From positions 1,305 through 65,304 of the forward strand of contig CAZUZY010000005.1 in NCBI GenBank assembly GCA_964624885.1: a stretch of 64,000 bases of DNA, written 5' to 3'. This document shows, piece after piece, positions 50,780 through 59,884 of this stretch. Source of the stretch: an uncultured Polyangiales bacterium (lineage in GTDB: Bacteria > Myxococcota_A > Polyangia > Polyangiales > JADJMO01). The notes beneath the pieces were generated by a model, which saw only the letters and a list, made by a program, of their open reading frames with translations, did no database searches and was not told where the DNA came from. How positions within the stretch are numbered: position 1 is the stretch's first letter; each line of letters starts with the position of its first letter. A program made the position numbers and the translations under genes.

Positions 50780-52746
50780 ACCTTGGGCGCGGCGAGGTGA
50801 CCCTCGAGCGCGGAGGCCGCCACGACGAGCGGGCTCGCGAGGTAGACCTGGCCCGGCCCGCTGCGGCCCGGGAAGTTGCGGTTGATGGCGCTGACGGTGA
50901 CCTGGTCGGGGCGGTCGGAGACGCCGGGGCCGGCCTTGATGCACGCGCCGCAGGAGGGATCGACCAGGTGGGCGCCGGCCTGCTCGAACACCTGCAGGTA
51001 GCCACGCTCCTCGGCGTACTTGCGGATGCGCTGCGACCCGAACTGGATGTAGAGCTGCACGCCCTCCTTCACCTTGCGGCCGTCCTTCACGGCGCGCGCG
51101 AGGACGGCGGCGTACATGTCCATGTCGGCCTTCTTGCCGCCCGTGCACGACCCGCCGTAGGCGATGGTGACCGCGGGGGCCTCGCCCTTCTGGAGGAGCT
51201 CGCGGAGCGCAATGCCGTTGCGGGGATCGCCCGGCGTCGCGACCATCGGCTCGATGGTCGAGAGGTCGATGTCGAACGTGGCGAAGTACTGCGCGTCGGG
51301 GTCGCCCTCGACGATGCGGGCCCGGACGGCGGCCTTGTCGAGGCCGCGCATCTCGTGGAGGTAGTCGACGACGACCTCGTCGGCCGCGACGACCCCGGTG
51401 AACCCGCCGGCCTCGACGGCCATGTTGGTGAGCGTGGCGCGCTCGTCGAGGGTCATGGCGGTGACGCCCTCGCCCTGGAACTCGAGCACCTTGCCGATGC
51501 CGTCGCCGCCGCGGAAGAACGGCTGCGCGAGGATGTGCAGCATCACGTCCTTGGCGCAGACGCCGGGCTGCATGCGCCCCGTGAGACGGAAGCGCACGGT
51601 CTCGGGGACCTTGACCCGCACGTCGCGGGTGAACCACGCGTTGGCCATGTCGGTCGACCCGACGCCGAACGCGAACGCGCCGAGCGCGCCGCCCATGCAG
51701 GTGTGGCTGTCGGTCCCGGCGATGACGTCGCCCGGCATGCCGAGCTCCTCGATGACCATGTTGTGGCAGATGGCCTCGCTGCCCACGAGCTTGCCGTCGC
51801 GGTGCACCTCGCCGTAGAGCTTGAGGCCCATCTCGGTGGCGAAGTCCTGCTGCACGACGGCGAGCTTCTTGGCCTGCTCGTCGAGCCCCATCTCGCGGTG
51901 GGCGCGCGGCATGATGAGGTCGAGGAACGTGAGGTGGTCGCGGAAGGCGAACACCGAGGCCGGATCCTGCACCCGGGTGCCCTTGTCGAAGCCGGCGGCG
52001 AACAGCGCCGCGGCCATCGGCGTGACGTACTCGTGGGAGAAGCGCACGTCGGCGCGCACGAAGGTGGCGTCGCCGGGGGCGACGGCGGTCACGCCGAGCT
52101 GGCCGGTCTTGGCGTCGACCACGGCGTGGCGCGCGAGGATCTTCTCGACCAGGGTCATCGGCCGCGCGGCGGTGGTGATGGCGGGGGGCGACACCTCGCC
52201 GGCCATCCGGCGCTTGTTGTAGGCGAACAGCCCGCCGCACTCGACGATGGCGGCGCTGATCGGGTCGAGCCCCTTGGTGAACTCGGAGAGCGGGATGGAC
52301 TCGCCGCGCTTGATGCGGTCGAGGATGCCGAAGTCGGTGGTGGTGAGGAGGCCGATGTTCTGGGCGTTCTGGCCGTAGATCTTCTCGATGCTCCGGGCGA
52401 CGACCAGCTTCACGCCGGCGGCGAGCTCGGCGAACGGCGCGGTCTCGCGGGAGCTGCCGCACCCCTTGGAGGCGCCGCTCACCACGACCTGGAACTTGCC
52501 GTCCTTGAGCCCGTCCCGCGGGAACACGTTGCCGCGCAGGCCGACGAACGCGTACCGGGCGAGGGTCTCGTCGTAGTAGTAACAGACCCACCCCGGCGTG
52601 ATCTCGTCGGTGGAGATGTTGGAGACGAGGGGCGCAGCGCCGTCCCACGCGAGATCCTGCCCGCCCAGCTGCTGCCGGAGGAGCTCGGGATCTTCGGTGA
52701 GGTAGAGGACGCGGCCGTCGATCCGGAGGGAAGATTCAGGGTGCAT
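50776..52746 (-). CDS. Aconitase-superfamily hydratase with the swivel (LeuD-like) domain N-terminal to the LeuC-like Fe-S domain
   Basis: NISTDEITP and GCGSSRETAP, then DHL, ICHN, DSHTC, GSCTGG, CGACI, NRNFPGRSG. Confidence 0.9.
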   Translation of the reverse strand: MHPESSLRIDGRVLYLTEDPELLRQQLGGQDLAWDGAAPLVSNISTDEITPGWVCYYYDETLARYAFVGLRGNVFPRDGLKDGKFQVVVSGASKGCGSSRETAPFAELAAGVKLVVARSIEKIYGQNAQNIGLLTTTDFGILDRIKRGESIPLSEFTKGLDPISAAIVECGGLFAYNKRRMAGEVSPPAITTAARPMTLVEKILARHAVVDAKTGQLGVTAVAPGDATFVRADVRFSHEYVTPMAAALFAAGFDKGTRVQDPASVFAFRDHLTFLDLIMPRAHREMGLDEQAKKLAVVQQDFATEMGLKLYGEVHRDGKLVGSEAICHNMVIEELGMPGDVIAGTDSHTCMGGALGAFAFGVGSTDMANAWFTRDVRVKVPETVRFRLTGRMQPGVCAKDVMLHILAQPFFRGGDGIGKVLEFQGEGVTAMTLDERATLTNMAVEAGGFTGVVAADEVVVDYLHEMRGLDKAAVRARIVEGDPDAQYFATFDIDLSTIEPMVATPGDPRNGIALRELLQKGEAPAVTIAYGGSCTGGKKADMDMYAAVLARAVKDGRKVKEGVQLYIQFGSQRIRKYAEERGYLQVFEQAGAHLVDPSCGACIKAGPGVSDRPDQVTVSAINRNFPGRSGPGQVYLASPLVVAASALEGHLAAPKV

Positions 52747-52895
52747 CGAGGGTTCCGAGAATGGTCGAGCACGATAGGCGGCGGACGGTCCGGGCCGCAA
52801 CGGCCCCGCGCTGTCATCGAGGGCACCTTGCGCGGAGGCGCGAAGTTCGCTAGCGTTCGCCCCCCTTTTCCGAAACCGCGAGGAGACTGTACGTA

Positions 52896-53054
52896 ATGGC
52901 CAACCGCGCCATCTGGAATGTTCGCCGCCGCCACGAGTGGCTGGCCACCCCGCAGAAGCCGAAGAAGATGAAGCGCTCCGGGCGCCTTCGTATCGGTCTT
53001 CAGGATGCCATGGATCGCAAGGCCGGCGCCGAGCCTGCCCAGCCCGCTTCCTGA
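52896..53054 (+). CDS. 52-aa basic small protein (below ORF-track cutoff)
   Basis: AGGAG at 52881-52885, ATG 52896, MANRAIWNVRRRHEWLATPQKPKKMKRSGRLRIGLQDAMDRKAGAEPAQPAS, then stem CAGGCCGC/GCGGCCTG. Confidence 0.6.
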   Translation: MANRAIWNVRRRHEWLATPQKPKKMKRSGRLRIGLQDAMDRKAGAEPAQPAS

Positions 53055-53138
53055 GCTCGCTCCTCCAACCCCCAGGCCGCGACGTCCTCGTGACGGGTGC
53101 GGCCTGTGGTGCTTAAGTGCGCTCGGTCTTCGTGGCTC

Positions 53139-53220
53139 GCGACGGTGGCGGAACTGGCATACGCACAGGGTTTAGGTTCCTGCGCCGCAAGGCTTGAGGG
53201 TTCGAGTCCCTCCCGTCGCA
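53139..53220 (+). tRNA. tRNA-Leu(UAG); CCA not encoded
   Basis: Acceptor GCGACGG/CCGTCGC, anticodon loop TT-TAG-GT, long variable arm, GGTTCGAGTCC. Confidence 0.95.
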
Positions 53221-53262
53221 CCGCTGGCTACGATTCGTGGATACGAGGTGTACCCTCGCGGC

Positions 53263-54651
53263 ATGTCGACCGCCGCCGCGTTCCTGGCCCTCGTGGCCGA
53301 CGTCCGGGCGCGCCTCGAGGCTCACCCCGAGACCTTCAGCCTCCAGCACCTCTCGGGCACGCGCGCGACCGCGGCCGATCTCGCCGCTGTCGAGGCGCGG
53401 CTCGGCGTGTCGCTCCCGCCGATGCTGCGGGCCCTCCACCTCGAGGTCGGTGCGCCGTTCGGCTTCTACTGGCAGGTCCGCGAGGGGGGGAAGCTCGACG
53501 CGGACGACTCACCCAGCGGCCAGCTCGAGATCGTCGCGACCGACCAGCTCGCTCTGCATCCGCCGCGCGTGTTGCGCTTCACCAACGACGGCTACGGCAA
53601 CGGCTTCGCGCTCGACTACCGCAAGAAGGGCGCGCCCAAGCTCGTCTTCTTCGACCACGACGAGGAGAAGCTCACGCCACGCAAGGAGAAGACCCTCGAG
53701 GCGCTCTTCGCGGCGTGGGCCGAGGTGCTGTTCGTCAACACCGAGACCGAGCCGCTCGACGTCGACCCGGTCCTCGAGCTCGTGTGGCCGGAGAAGGCGC
53801 AGCCGTGGCCCGAGAGGAAGCCAGCGCCTGCGGGGTTCGTCACCCTGCCGTTCCCGGCCGAGCGCTGCATCGGTGGCGTGGACTTCGACGGCGATCGCCT
53901 CTTCGTCTCCACCTACGAGGGCGAGGTGCTGGTCTTCGATCTCGCGAGCCACGCGCTCCTCTCGACGCAGGCCGGCCTGCCGGCCTTGCGCACGATGGCG
54001 CGGCTGCCGGATGGCCGGCTCCTCGTGTCGAGCGAGGCCTTCGGGGTGTTCGTCCTCCCGGTCGACGGCGCGTTCTCCGCGCGCCTGCCGTGGCTGGCGC
54101 AAGGGGCCGCCGCGCTGCGAGTGCTGGGCGACGAGGTGCTCGTGGTCGGCGACGCGCGCGGATGGCTCGTCGACTTCGCCGGCCGGGTGCGGTGCGAGTT
54201 CGCCGTCCCCAAGAACGTGATCGGGGTCGTCGCGTTCTCCGAGGGGCTCGTGCTCGCCGGCGACGACGAGATCGCGTGTGTCGACCGCTCCACGGGCGCG
54301 CGACGCTGGGCCGACGCCACTCCGACGACCGGAGGCCTGTTCGTGCGGGGCGACGAGGTCTCCCTGGTTCTGGTGGGCGGTGGCCTCGTGACCTGGAGCG
54401 GCGACGGGAAGCGGATTGGAAAGAGCCCCCACAAACCCAAGGCGCACTTCTCCGTCGTGCAGACCGCGGACCGCATCGTCGCGGCGCGTCTCGGGACCCT
54501 CGAGGTGCTGGATCACACGGGAAGATCCCTGTCGCAGCGCGCGTTCGCGACGGAGGCCGACGCGGTGCGCGTCCACCTCCACCCCGATGGCCACCGGCTG
54601 CTCGTGCGCACCGACGACGCGCTGCACGTCACCGACGTCGATCGCTTGTAA
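53263..54651 (+). CDS. SMI1/KNR4 (SUKH)-like domain fused to a beta-propeller (WD40/PQQ-like)
   Basis: AT.ADLAAVEARLGVSLP..LRALH, NDGYGNGFALD..K.G.P.LVFFDHD, C-terminal repeated beta blades. Confidence 0.72.
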   Translation: MSTAAAFLALVADVRARLEAHPETFSLQHLSGTRATAADLAAVEARLGVSLPPMLRALHLEVGAPFGFYWQVREGGKLDADDSPSGQLEIVATDQLALHPPRVLRFTNDGYGNGFALDYRKKGAPKLVFFDHDEEKLTPRKEKTLEALFAAWAEVLFVNTETEPLDVDPVLELVWPEKAQPWPERKPAPAGFVTLPFPAERCIGGVDFDGDRLFVSTYEGEVLVFDLASHALLSTQAGLPALRTMARLPDGRLLVSSEAFGVFVLPVDGAFSARLPWLAQGAAALRVLGDEVLVVGDARGWLVDFAGRVRCEFAVPKNVIGVVAFSEGLVLAGDDEIACVDRSTGARRWADATPTTGGLFVRGDEVSLVLVGGGLVTWSGDGKRIGKSPHKPKAHFSVVQTADRIVAARLGTLEVLDHTGRSLSQRAFATEADAVRVHLHPDGHRLLVRTDDALHVTDVDRL

Positions 54652-55275
54652 CTACCCGAGCACCTTCGCGGCGCGCTCGAGCCAGCGATGCAGGGAGGCC
54701 GCGTCCTTCGGGGCCTTCTCGAGCCCGTGCTCGTCGACGAGTCGCTCCATCGCAGGCCCGTCCTTGGGTGCGACGTCGTGCTCACGGAGCTCGCGGTCCA
54801 CTGCGGCGTCACCGAGCTCCTCGGTCTGGTGTCGGCCGGTCAGGGCCAGCACCCACGACTCGAGCCGTTCCACCGCGACCGCGCCGACGACTGGGGGAGC
54901 GTTCTCGATGACCTGGTTGATGACTGAGGTGTCGCGCAGGAGGGTCTCGATCTCTCTTTCGCGGTCGGTGTCGTTGTCGCGGTCCCGGACAAGAACGACC
55001 GCGTCGAAGCCGTGTTCCTTCGCTCGCAGCGTGAGCCGTAGGATCGTCTGCTGTTCCCGGGCGCGGTGCGCCGCGGCGCCGATCTTCTTGCCGACGTACT
55101 TGGCGACGTCCTTCCAACGGACGCCGTCCGCTACCTCCCACCCGTTCGGGAAACGCTTCCGCAGCAGGGCGACGACGACCCCCTGGGATCCTAAGGTCTC
55201 GCGATACGGCGGCGTGTGCGCCCAGCGCCCGATGTCGTTGCTTCCTTCGCCCGCGACCAGTACCCGCAGCATCAC
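54652..55275 (-). CDS. Small TOPRIM-like protein (DUF4276/RloB/AriB-like) partner of the ATPase
   Basis: RVLVAGEGSND, VLVRDRDND (DxD), ERLESWVLA, ATGA overlap with the ATPase stop. Confidence 0.65.
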   Translation of the reverse strand: MMLRVLVAGEGSNDIGRWAHTPPYRETLGSQGVVVALLRKRFPNGWEVADGVRWKDVAKYVGKKIGAAAHRAREQQTILRLTLRAKEHGFDAVVLVRDRDNDTDREREIETLLRDTSVINQVIENAPPVVGAVAVERLESWVLALTGRHQTEELGDAAVDRELREHDVAPKDGPAMERLVDEHGLEKAPKDAASLHRWLERAAKVLG

Positions 55276-56336
55276 GACACCTTGGTGGGTGCCTGCAGGA
55301 GATCGTGCTCGTCGCGTCCATCGGCGTGGCTGAGCCAGAGCTCGCCGTTCGCGTAGATCTTCGACCGCTCCGCGTAGTTGTACGTCTCGCTGAGCAGGCG
55401 GGCGTGCGTGCCACCTTCGTCACGGGTGATGACTGACACCTCATTCGCTTCGAGCTCGTTGATCACAAGCGGGCTGTGCGTGGCCAGCAGGACCTGTGTG
55501 GTCTTGGACACCTCGCGGAGGATGCGCACCACGTCCGCGACGCGTGCCGGATGCAGGCCGTTCTCGGGCTCCTCGACGAGGAGCAGCGAGGTCGGCGCCA
55601 GGTACGGCTGCGCGGCGTAGCCGAGGTAGTAGAGGAGCCCCTCACTCATCGCCTCAGCGGGCACCACAGTGCCGTCCTTGAGCTCTATCTGCAGCGTCTT
55701 CGCGACCGCGCCGCTAGGCACGGTCACGTTCACCCAGCCGAGCTTGGCGACCGACTCGAAGTGCCTGAGGAACTCGCTGCGGAGCGCGATGAAGCCATCG
55801 AGGTCGCGGCTCACCAGGGCATCGTAGACGGAGCCGAGACCGTAGCCGCGTTCGTCGAGATCGACACGCTCGCTGTTGGGAATGAGGCCCGTCGCGACGC
55901 GCATGGCGTCCGGGTCCAGGCGAACGAGACGGGCGGGACCGATGCGGCCAGCCATCGTGACGGTCGTTGGCTCGTCGGGGCTAGCAAGCAGCCCTCGGGT
56001 GGTCCAGCTGGCGCGCTTGGCCCGATTGACCAGGCGACCTCCATTGAGAACACGCTCTTCGATGGGCAGGATCGCCACCGCATATCCGAGGCCGTCCGAG
56101 TAGGTTCCCTCGATACGGGTCTCGGTATCCATGCGCGGGTGGAAAGGTCGCCACTGACCGTCCGAGCGCTCGAACGTGCCGCCGCCGAACTGCATCAGCG
56201 TGCGCAGGGCGCGGAGGATCGTGCTCTTCCCGCTGTCGTTCGGGCCGATCAGGGCGTGCAGCGGTGTGAGCGAGAGCTGCAGGTTCTTGATGCACCCGTA
56301 GTTCTCGATCTCCAGCTGCGTGAGAGGCGGCGTCAT
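55272..56336 (-). CDS. ABC/AAA (AAA_15/AAA_21-type) ATPase
   Basis: LTQLEIENYGCI, Walker A GPNDSGKS, signature MSEG, Walker B LLVEEPENGLHP, H-loop ATHSP. Confidence 0.9.
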   Translation of the reverse strand: MTPPLTQLEIENYGCIKNLQLSLTPLHALIGPNDSGKSTILRALRTLMQFGGGTFERSDGQWRPFHPRMDTETRIEGTYSDGLGYAVAILPIEERVLNGGRLVNRAKRASWTTRGLLASPDEPTTVTMAGRIGPARLVRLDPDAMRVATGLIPNSERVDLDERGYGLGSVYDALVSRDLDGFIALRSEFLRHFESVAKLGWVNVTVPSGAVAKTLQIELKDGTVVPAEAMSEGLLYYLGYAAQPYLAPTSLLLVEEPENGLHPARVADVVRILREVSKTTQVLLATHSPLVINELEANEVSVITRDEGGTHARLLSETYNYAERSKIYANGELWLSHADGRDEHDLLQAPTKVS

Positions 56337-56377
56337 CGCCCCCGACTCTACCCGCCGCCTCTGCACCTGGCCACCGG

Positions 56378-57457
56378 CTACGGCTGCGACAGCTCCACCA
56401 CGCAGTCGTCGCCGACCATCAGGCTGAGCGCCCCGTGCTTGGCCGGGCCCGGCCGCACGAGCACGCGCTTGCCGAGCAGCGAGTCCTCGAGGCGCGGGAT
56501 GTCCGTGATGCTGCTCTCGGCCATCAGCACCGAGTGCTCCACGGTGGACCGGATCACGCGCACGCCGTCGCCGATCGCCGTGAAGGGGCCGATCTTCGAG
56601 TCCACGATCTCGACGCCCTCGCCGACGATCGTGGGCCCGCGGATCACCGAGCGCACGATGCGCGCACCCTTCCCGATGCGCACGCGGCCTGAGATCTTGC
56701 TCTCGCCGTCCACGTGGCCCTCCATGCCCGACACCAGCCAGTCGTCGAGCACCGTGTCGTTGGCGAGGAGCATGTCGTCCTTCTTGCCGGTGTCGAGCCA
56801 CCACGAGGTGAGGCGGGTGAACTTCACCGTGCCGCCGAGCTCGATGACCTTGCTGATGGCGTCGGTGATCTCGAGCTCGCCGCGGGGCGAGGGCTTGATC
56901 TGGGCGATGGCGTCGAAGATCGACGGGCGGAACAGGTAGATCCCGACGAGGGCCAGGTTCGACTTGGGCTCGCGCGGCTTCTCGACGAGGCCGACCACGT
57001 TGCCGGCCGCGTCCACCTCGGCCACGCCGAACGACGAGGGGTTCGGCACCTCCTTGAGCATCACGGAGGCGGCGAGGGACGGGTCGGCCTTGAACGTCTC
57101 CACCGGCTCGCGGATCTTCATGCCGATGAGGTTGTCGCCGAGGTACATCACGAAGTCGCTGCCCTCGAGGAACGGCTTGGCGGTGGCCACCGCGTGGGCG
57201 AGTCCCGCCGGGCGGTCCTGCAGGATGTAGTGCAGCTGGGCGCCGAACGCGCTGCCGTCGCCGAGCGCGCGCTTGATCTCGCCGCCGGTCTCCGGGGAGA
57301 TGATGACCGCGATCTCGGTGACCCCGGCGTTCACCAGGTTGTCGATGACGTAGAAGAGCACGGGCCGGTTGGCCACCGGGACGAGCTGCTTGGCGCCGGT
57401 GTACGTGAGCGGGCGGAGGCGCGTGCCGGAGCCGCCGGCGAGGACCAGGCCCTTCAC
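56378..57457 (-). CDS. rfbA: Glucose-1-phosphate thymidylyltransferase (long form)
   Basis: LAGGSGTRLRPLT..AKQL.PV, YLGDN, VEKP, KPSPRGELEITD, WLDTG, C-terminal left-handed helix repeats. Confidence 0.93.
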   Translation of the reverse strand: MKGLVLAGGSGTRLRPLTYTGAKQLVPVANRPVLFYVIDNLVNAGVTEIAVIISPETGGEIKRALGDGSAFGAQLHYILQDRPAGLAHAVATAKPFLEGSDFVMYLGDNLIGMKIREPVETFKADPSLAASVMLKEVPNPSSFGVAEVDAAGNVVGLVEKPREPKSNLALVGIYLFRPSIFDAIAQIKPSPRGELEITDAISKVIELGGTVKFTRLTSWWLDTGKKDDMLLANDTVLDDWLVSGMEGHVDGESKISGRVRIGKGARIVRSVIRGPTIVGEGVEIVDSKIGPFTAIGDGVRVIRSTVEHSVLMAESSITDIPRLEDSLLGKRVLVRPGPAKHGALSLMVGDDCVVELSQP

Positions 57458-58512
57458 GGCTTCACCTCGAGGCCGAGGCGCTCGCGCCGGTACCCGCCGC
57501 TGGCGATGCGTTCGCACCACGGTCTGTTCTCGAGGTACCACTCGATGGTGCGGCGGATGCCGGCCGCGAAGTCCACCGCGGGCGAGAACCCGAGCTCCGC
57601 GGCGATCTTACTCGGGTCGATGGCGTAGCGCCGGTCGTGGCCGGGCCGGTCCTTCACGTAGGTGATCAGCCGCTCGCGGGGGCCCTTCGGGTCGGGGCGC
57701 AGCTCGTCGAGCACCTTGCAGACGTGGCGGACGATGTCGATGTTCGTCCACTCGTTGCGGCCGCCGATCACGTAGGTCTCGCCCGGCTGCCCGCGCTCGG
57801 CGACCAGCGCGAGCGCCGCGCAGTGATCCTCCACGTAGAGCCAGTCGCGGATGTTGAGGCCGTCGCCGTAGACGGGCAGGGGCTTGCCCTCGAGCGCGTT
57901 GAGGATCATCAGCGGGATGAGCTTCTCGGGGAACTGCCGCGGGCCGTAGTTGTTCGAGCAGTTGGTCACGAGCGTGGGGACGCCGAAGGTGTGCTGGTAG
58001 GCCCGCGCGAGGTGGTCGGCCGCGGCCTTGGTGGCCGAGTACGGCGACGAGGGCTGGTAGGCGGTGCGCTCGGTGAAGAACCCCGCCTCGCCGAGCGACC
58101 CGAACACCTCGTCGGTCGACACGTGCACGAACCGGAAGGTCTCCGGGCCACCGTCCTTGAGGAAGCAGCGCGCCCCCTCGAGCAGCTCGAACGTGCCCCG
58201 CACGTTGGTCTCGACGAACGCGCGCGGGCCGTCGATCGAGCGATCGACGTGCGACTCGGCGGCGAGGTTGAACACCACGTCGGGGCGCTCCTCGGCGTAC
58301 AGCTTGCGCACCAGGGCGGCGTCGCAGATGTCGCCCTGGACGAAGCGGAACCGCCCCTCGGGGAGCCCCTCGAGGTTGTCGAGGTTGCCGGCGTAGGTGA
58401 GGCTGTCGAGCACGACGACCCGGGCCTCGGCGCGGGCCAGCAGCGTGCGCACGAGGTTGCTGCCGATGAAGCCGGCGCCGCCCGTGACGAGATGGGTCAC
58501 CCTGGGTTGCAT
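57454..58512 (-). CDS. rfbB: dTDP-glucose 4,6-dehydratase
   Basis: VTGGAGFIGS, LTYAGN, AAESHVDRSI, VSTDEV, YSATK, NNYGP.QFPEKLIP, DRPGHDRRY. Confidence 0.98.
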   Translation of the reverse strand: MQPRVTHLVTGGAGFIGSNLVRTLLARAEARVVVLDSLTYAGNLDNLEGLPEGRFRFVQGDICDAALVRKLYAEERPDVVFNLAAESHVDRSIDGPRAFVETNVRGTFELLEGARCFLKDGGPETFRFVHVSTDEVFGSLGEAGFFTERTAYQPSSPYSATKAAADHLARAYQHTFGVPTLVTNCSNNYGPRQFPEKLIPLMILNALEGKPLPVYGDGLNIRDWLYVEDHCAALALVAERGQPGETYVIGGRNEWTNIDIVRHVCKVLDELRPDPKGPRERLITYVKDRPGHDRRYAIDPSKIAAELGFSPAVDFAAGIRRTIEWYLENRPWCERIASGGYRRERLGLEVKP

Positions 58513-58604
58513 CGGCCGCTTCTTAGCTCTGCCGGAGCCTCGGGGCGACCGGGAAAACCGCCGCAGCCGGCCCGTCATGCTATGGCGCGCTCGCCAGACC
58601 CCCC

Positions 58605-59876
58605 ATGAGCCCCGCGCCGTCGATCGAGGTCCAGGACCTCCGCAAGGTCTACCGCCTCTATCCAGGCCCCCGCGAGCGCCTGCTCGAGGCGGTGCACCCG
58701 TTCGGCAAGCTCTATCACCAGGATTTCGCGGCCCTCGACGGGGTGTCGTTCACCATCGCCCCGGGCGAGACCGTCGCCTTCATCGGGAAGAACGGCTCCG
58801 GCAAGTCCACGCTCCTGAAGGCCATCACCGGCATCATCACCCCGACCGCCGGCGCGGTGGCGGTCCGTGGCCGCATCTCGGCGCTGCTCGAGCTCGGGAC
58901 CGGCTTCAACCCGGAGCTCGACGGGGTGGAGAACATCTTCTTCACCGGCGCCATCATGGGCATCTCCCGCAAGGAGATGGCGGCCAAGGTGGACGACATC
59001 CTCGCCTTCGCGGACATCGGCGAGTACATCCACCAGCCGGTCAAGCGGTACTCGAGCGGCATGTTCGTGCGCCTCGCGTTCGCGGTCGCGGTGCACGTGG
59101 ACCCGGAGATCCTCATCATCGACGAGGCCCTCTCGGTGGGAGACATGCGCTTCCAGCAGAAGTGCTACCGCCGGATCCGCGACTTCAAGGACGCCGGAGT
59201 CACCATCCTGTTCGTCTCGCACGACATGGGCGCGGTCCTCAGCTTCTGCGATCGCGCGCTGTGGCTGAAGGACGGCAAGATCGAGGACGACGACGTCCCC
59301 GCCAAGGTGGTGCGCGCGTACACCGCCTACATGAACTACGACACCGCGACCGCGGACGAGGTCGTGGCACAGAAGGCGCTGCCGCCGGCGGGCTCCGAGT
59401 GGCAGGACGTGGCGGGATGCGCGTCGTTCGGGGACGGCGGCGCCGAGATCACCCGCGTCTCGCTCACCGGCGAGGACGAGCGGGTGCGGGCCGAGGTGCT
59501 CTCGGGGGGCGAGCGGGTCGTGTTCCGCATGGAGACCGTGTTCAAGCGGGACATGGAGGTGCCGCTCTACGGCCTCCTGCTCAAGGACAGCTACGGCAAC
59601 CAGATCCTGAGCATCAACACGGCGGTCTACGAGTTCCCCACCGTGCCGCGCAAGGCCGGCGAGCGGGTGGTCTTCCGGTTCGCCTTCGCGATGCCGATGC
59701 TGCGCAACGGCGAGTACACGATGTCGGCCGCGATCGCGGAGGGCACGCAGGACGCCCACGTCGAGCACCACTGGGTGCACGACGCGCTGCTGCTCCAGAT
59801 CGCCAACGGCAGCCTCAAGCACAAGCTCGGGTGCTGGTTCGTGGTCGAACAGGCCGACCTCTCCGAGCACACCTGA
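58605..59876 (+). CDS. wzt: O-antigen/polysaccharide ABC exporter ATPase with Wzt C-terminal domain
   Basis: GKNGSGKST, YSSGM..RLAF, IIDEALSVGD, VSHD, C-terminal beta-sandwich. Confidence 0.95.
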   Translation: MSPAPSIEVQDLRKVYRLYPGPRERLLEAVHPFGKLYHQDFAALDGVSFTIAPGETVAFIGKNGSGKSTLLKAITGIITPTAGAVAVRGRISALLELGTGFNPELDGVENIFFTGAIMGISRKEMAAKVDDILAFADIGEYIHQPVKRYSSGMFVRLAFAVAVHVDPEILIIDEALSVGDMRFQQKCYRRIRDFKDAGVTILFVSHDMGAVLSFCDRALWLKDGKIEDDDVPAKVVRAYTAYMNYDTATADEVVAQKALPPAGSEWQDVAGCASFGDGGAEITRVSLTGEDERVRAEVLSGGERVVFRMETVFKRDMEVPLYGLLLKDSYGNQILSINTAVYEFPTVPRKAGERVVFRFAFAMPMLRNGEYTMSAAIAEGTQDAHVEHHWVHDALLLQIANGSLKHKLGCWFVVEQADLSEHT

Positions 59877-59884
59877 ACGTCGCG

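Noticed and set aside
52783-52794. 12-bp match (GGACGGTCCGGG) to the 48-bp repeat core; also at 8570-8581
   Set aside because: Too short and GC-rich, and one match is inside a coding region, so it is compatible with chance.
53200-56380. Integrated element bounded by attL/attR at tRNA-Leu
   Set aside because: I found no duplicate of the tRNA 3' end near 56340 and no integrase, so the region is called only a probable islet.
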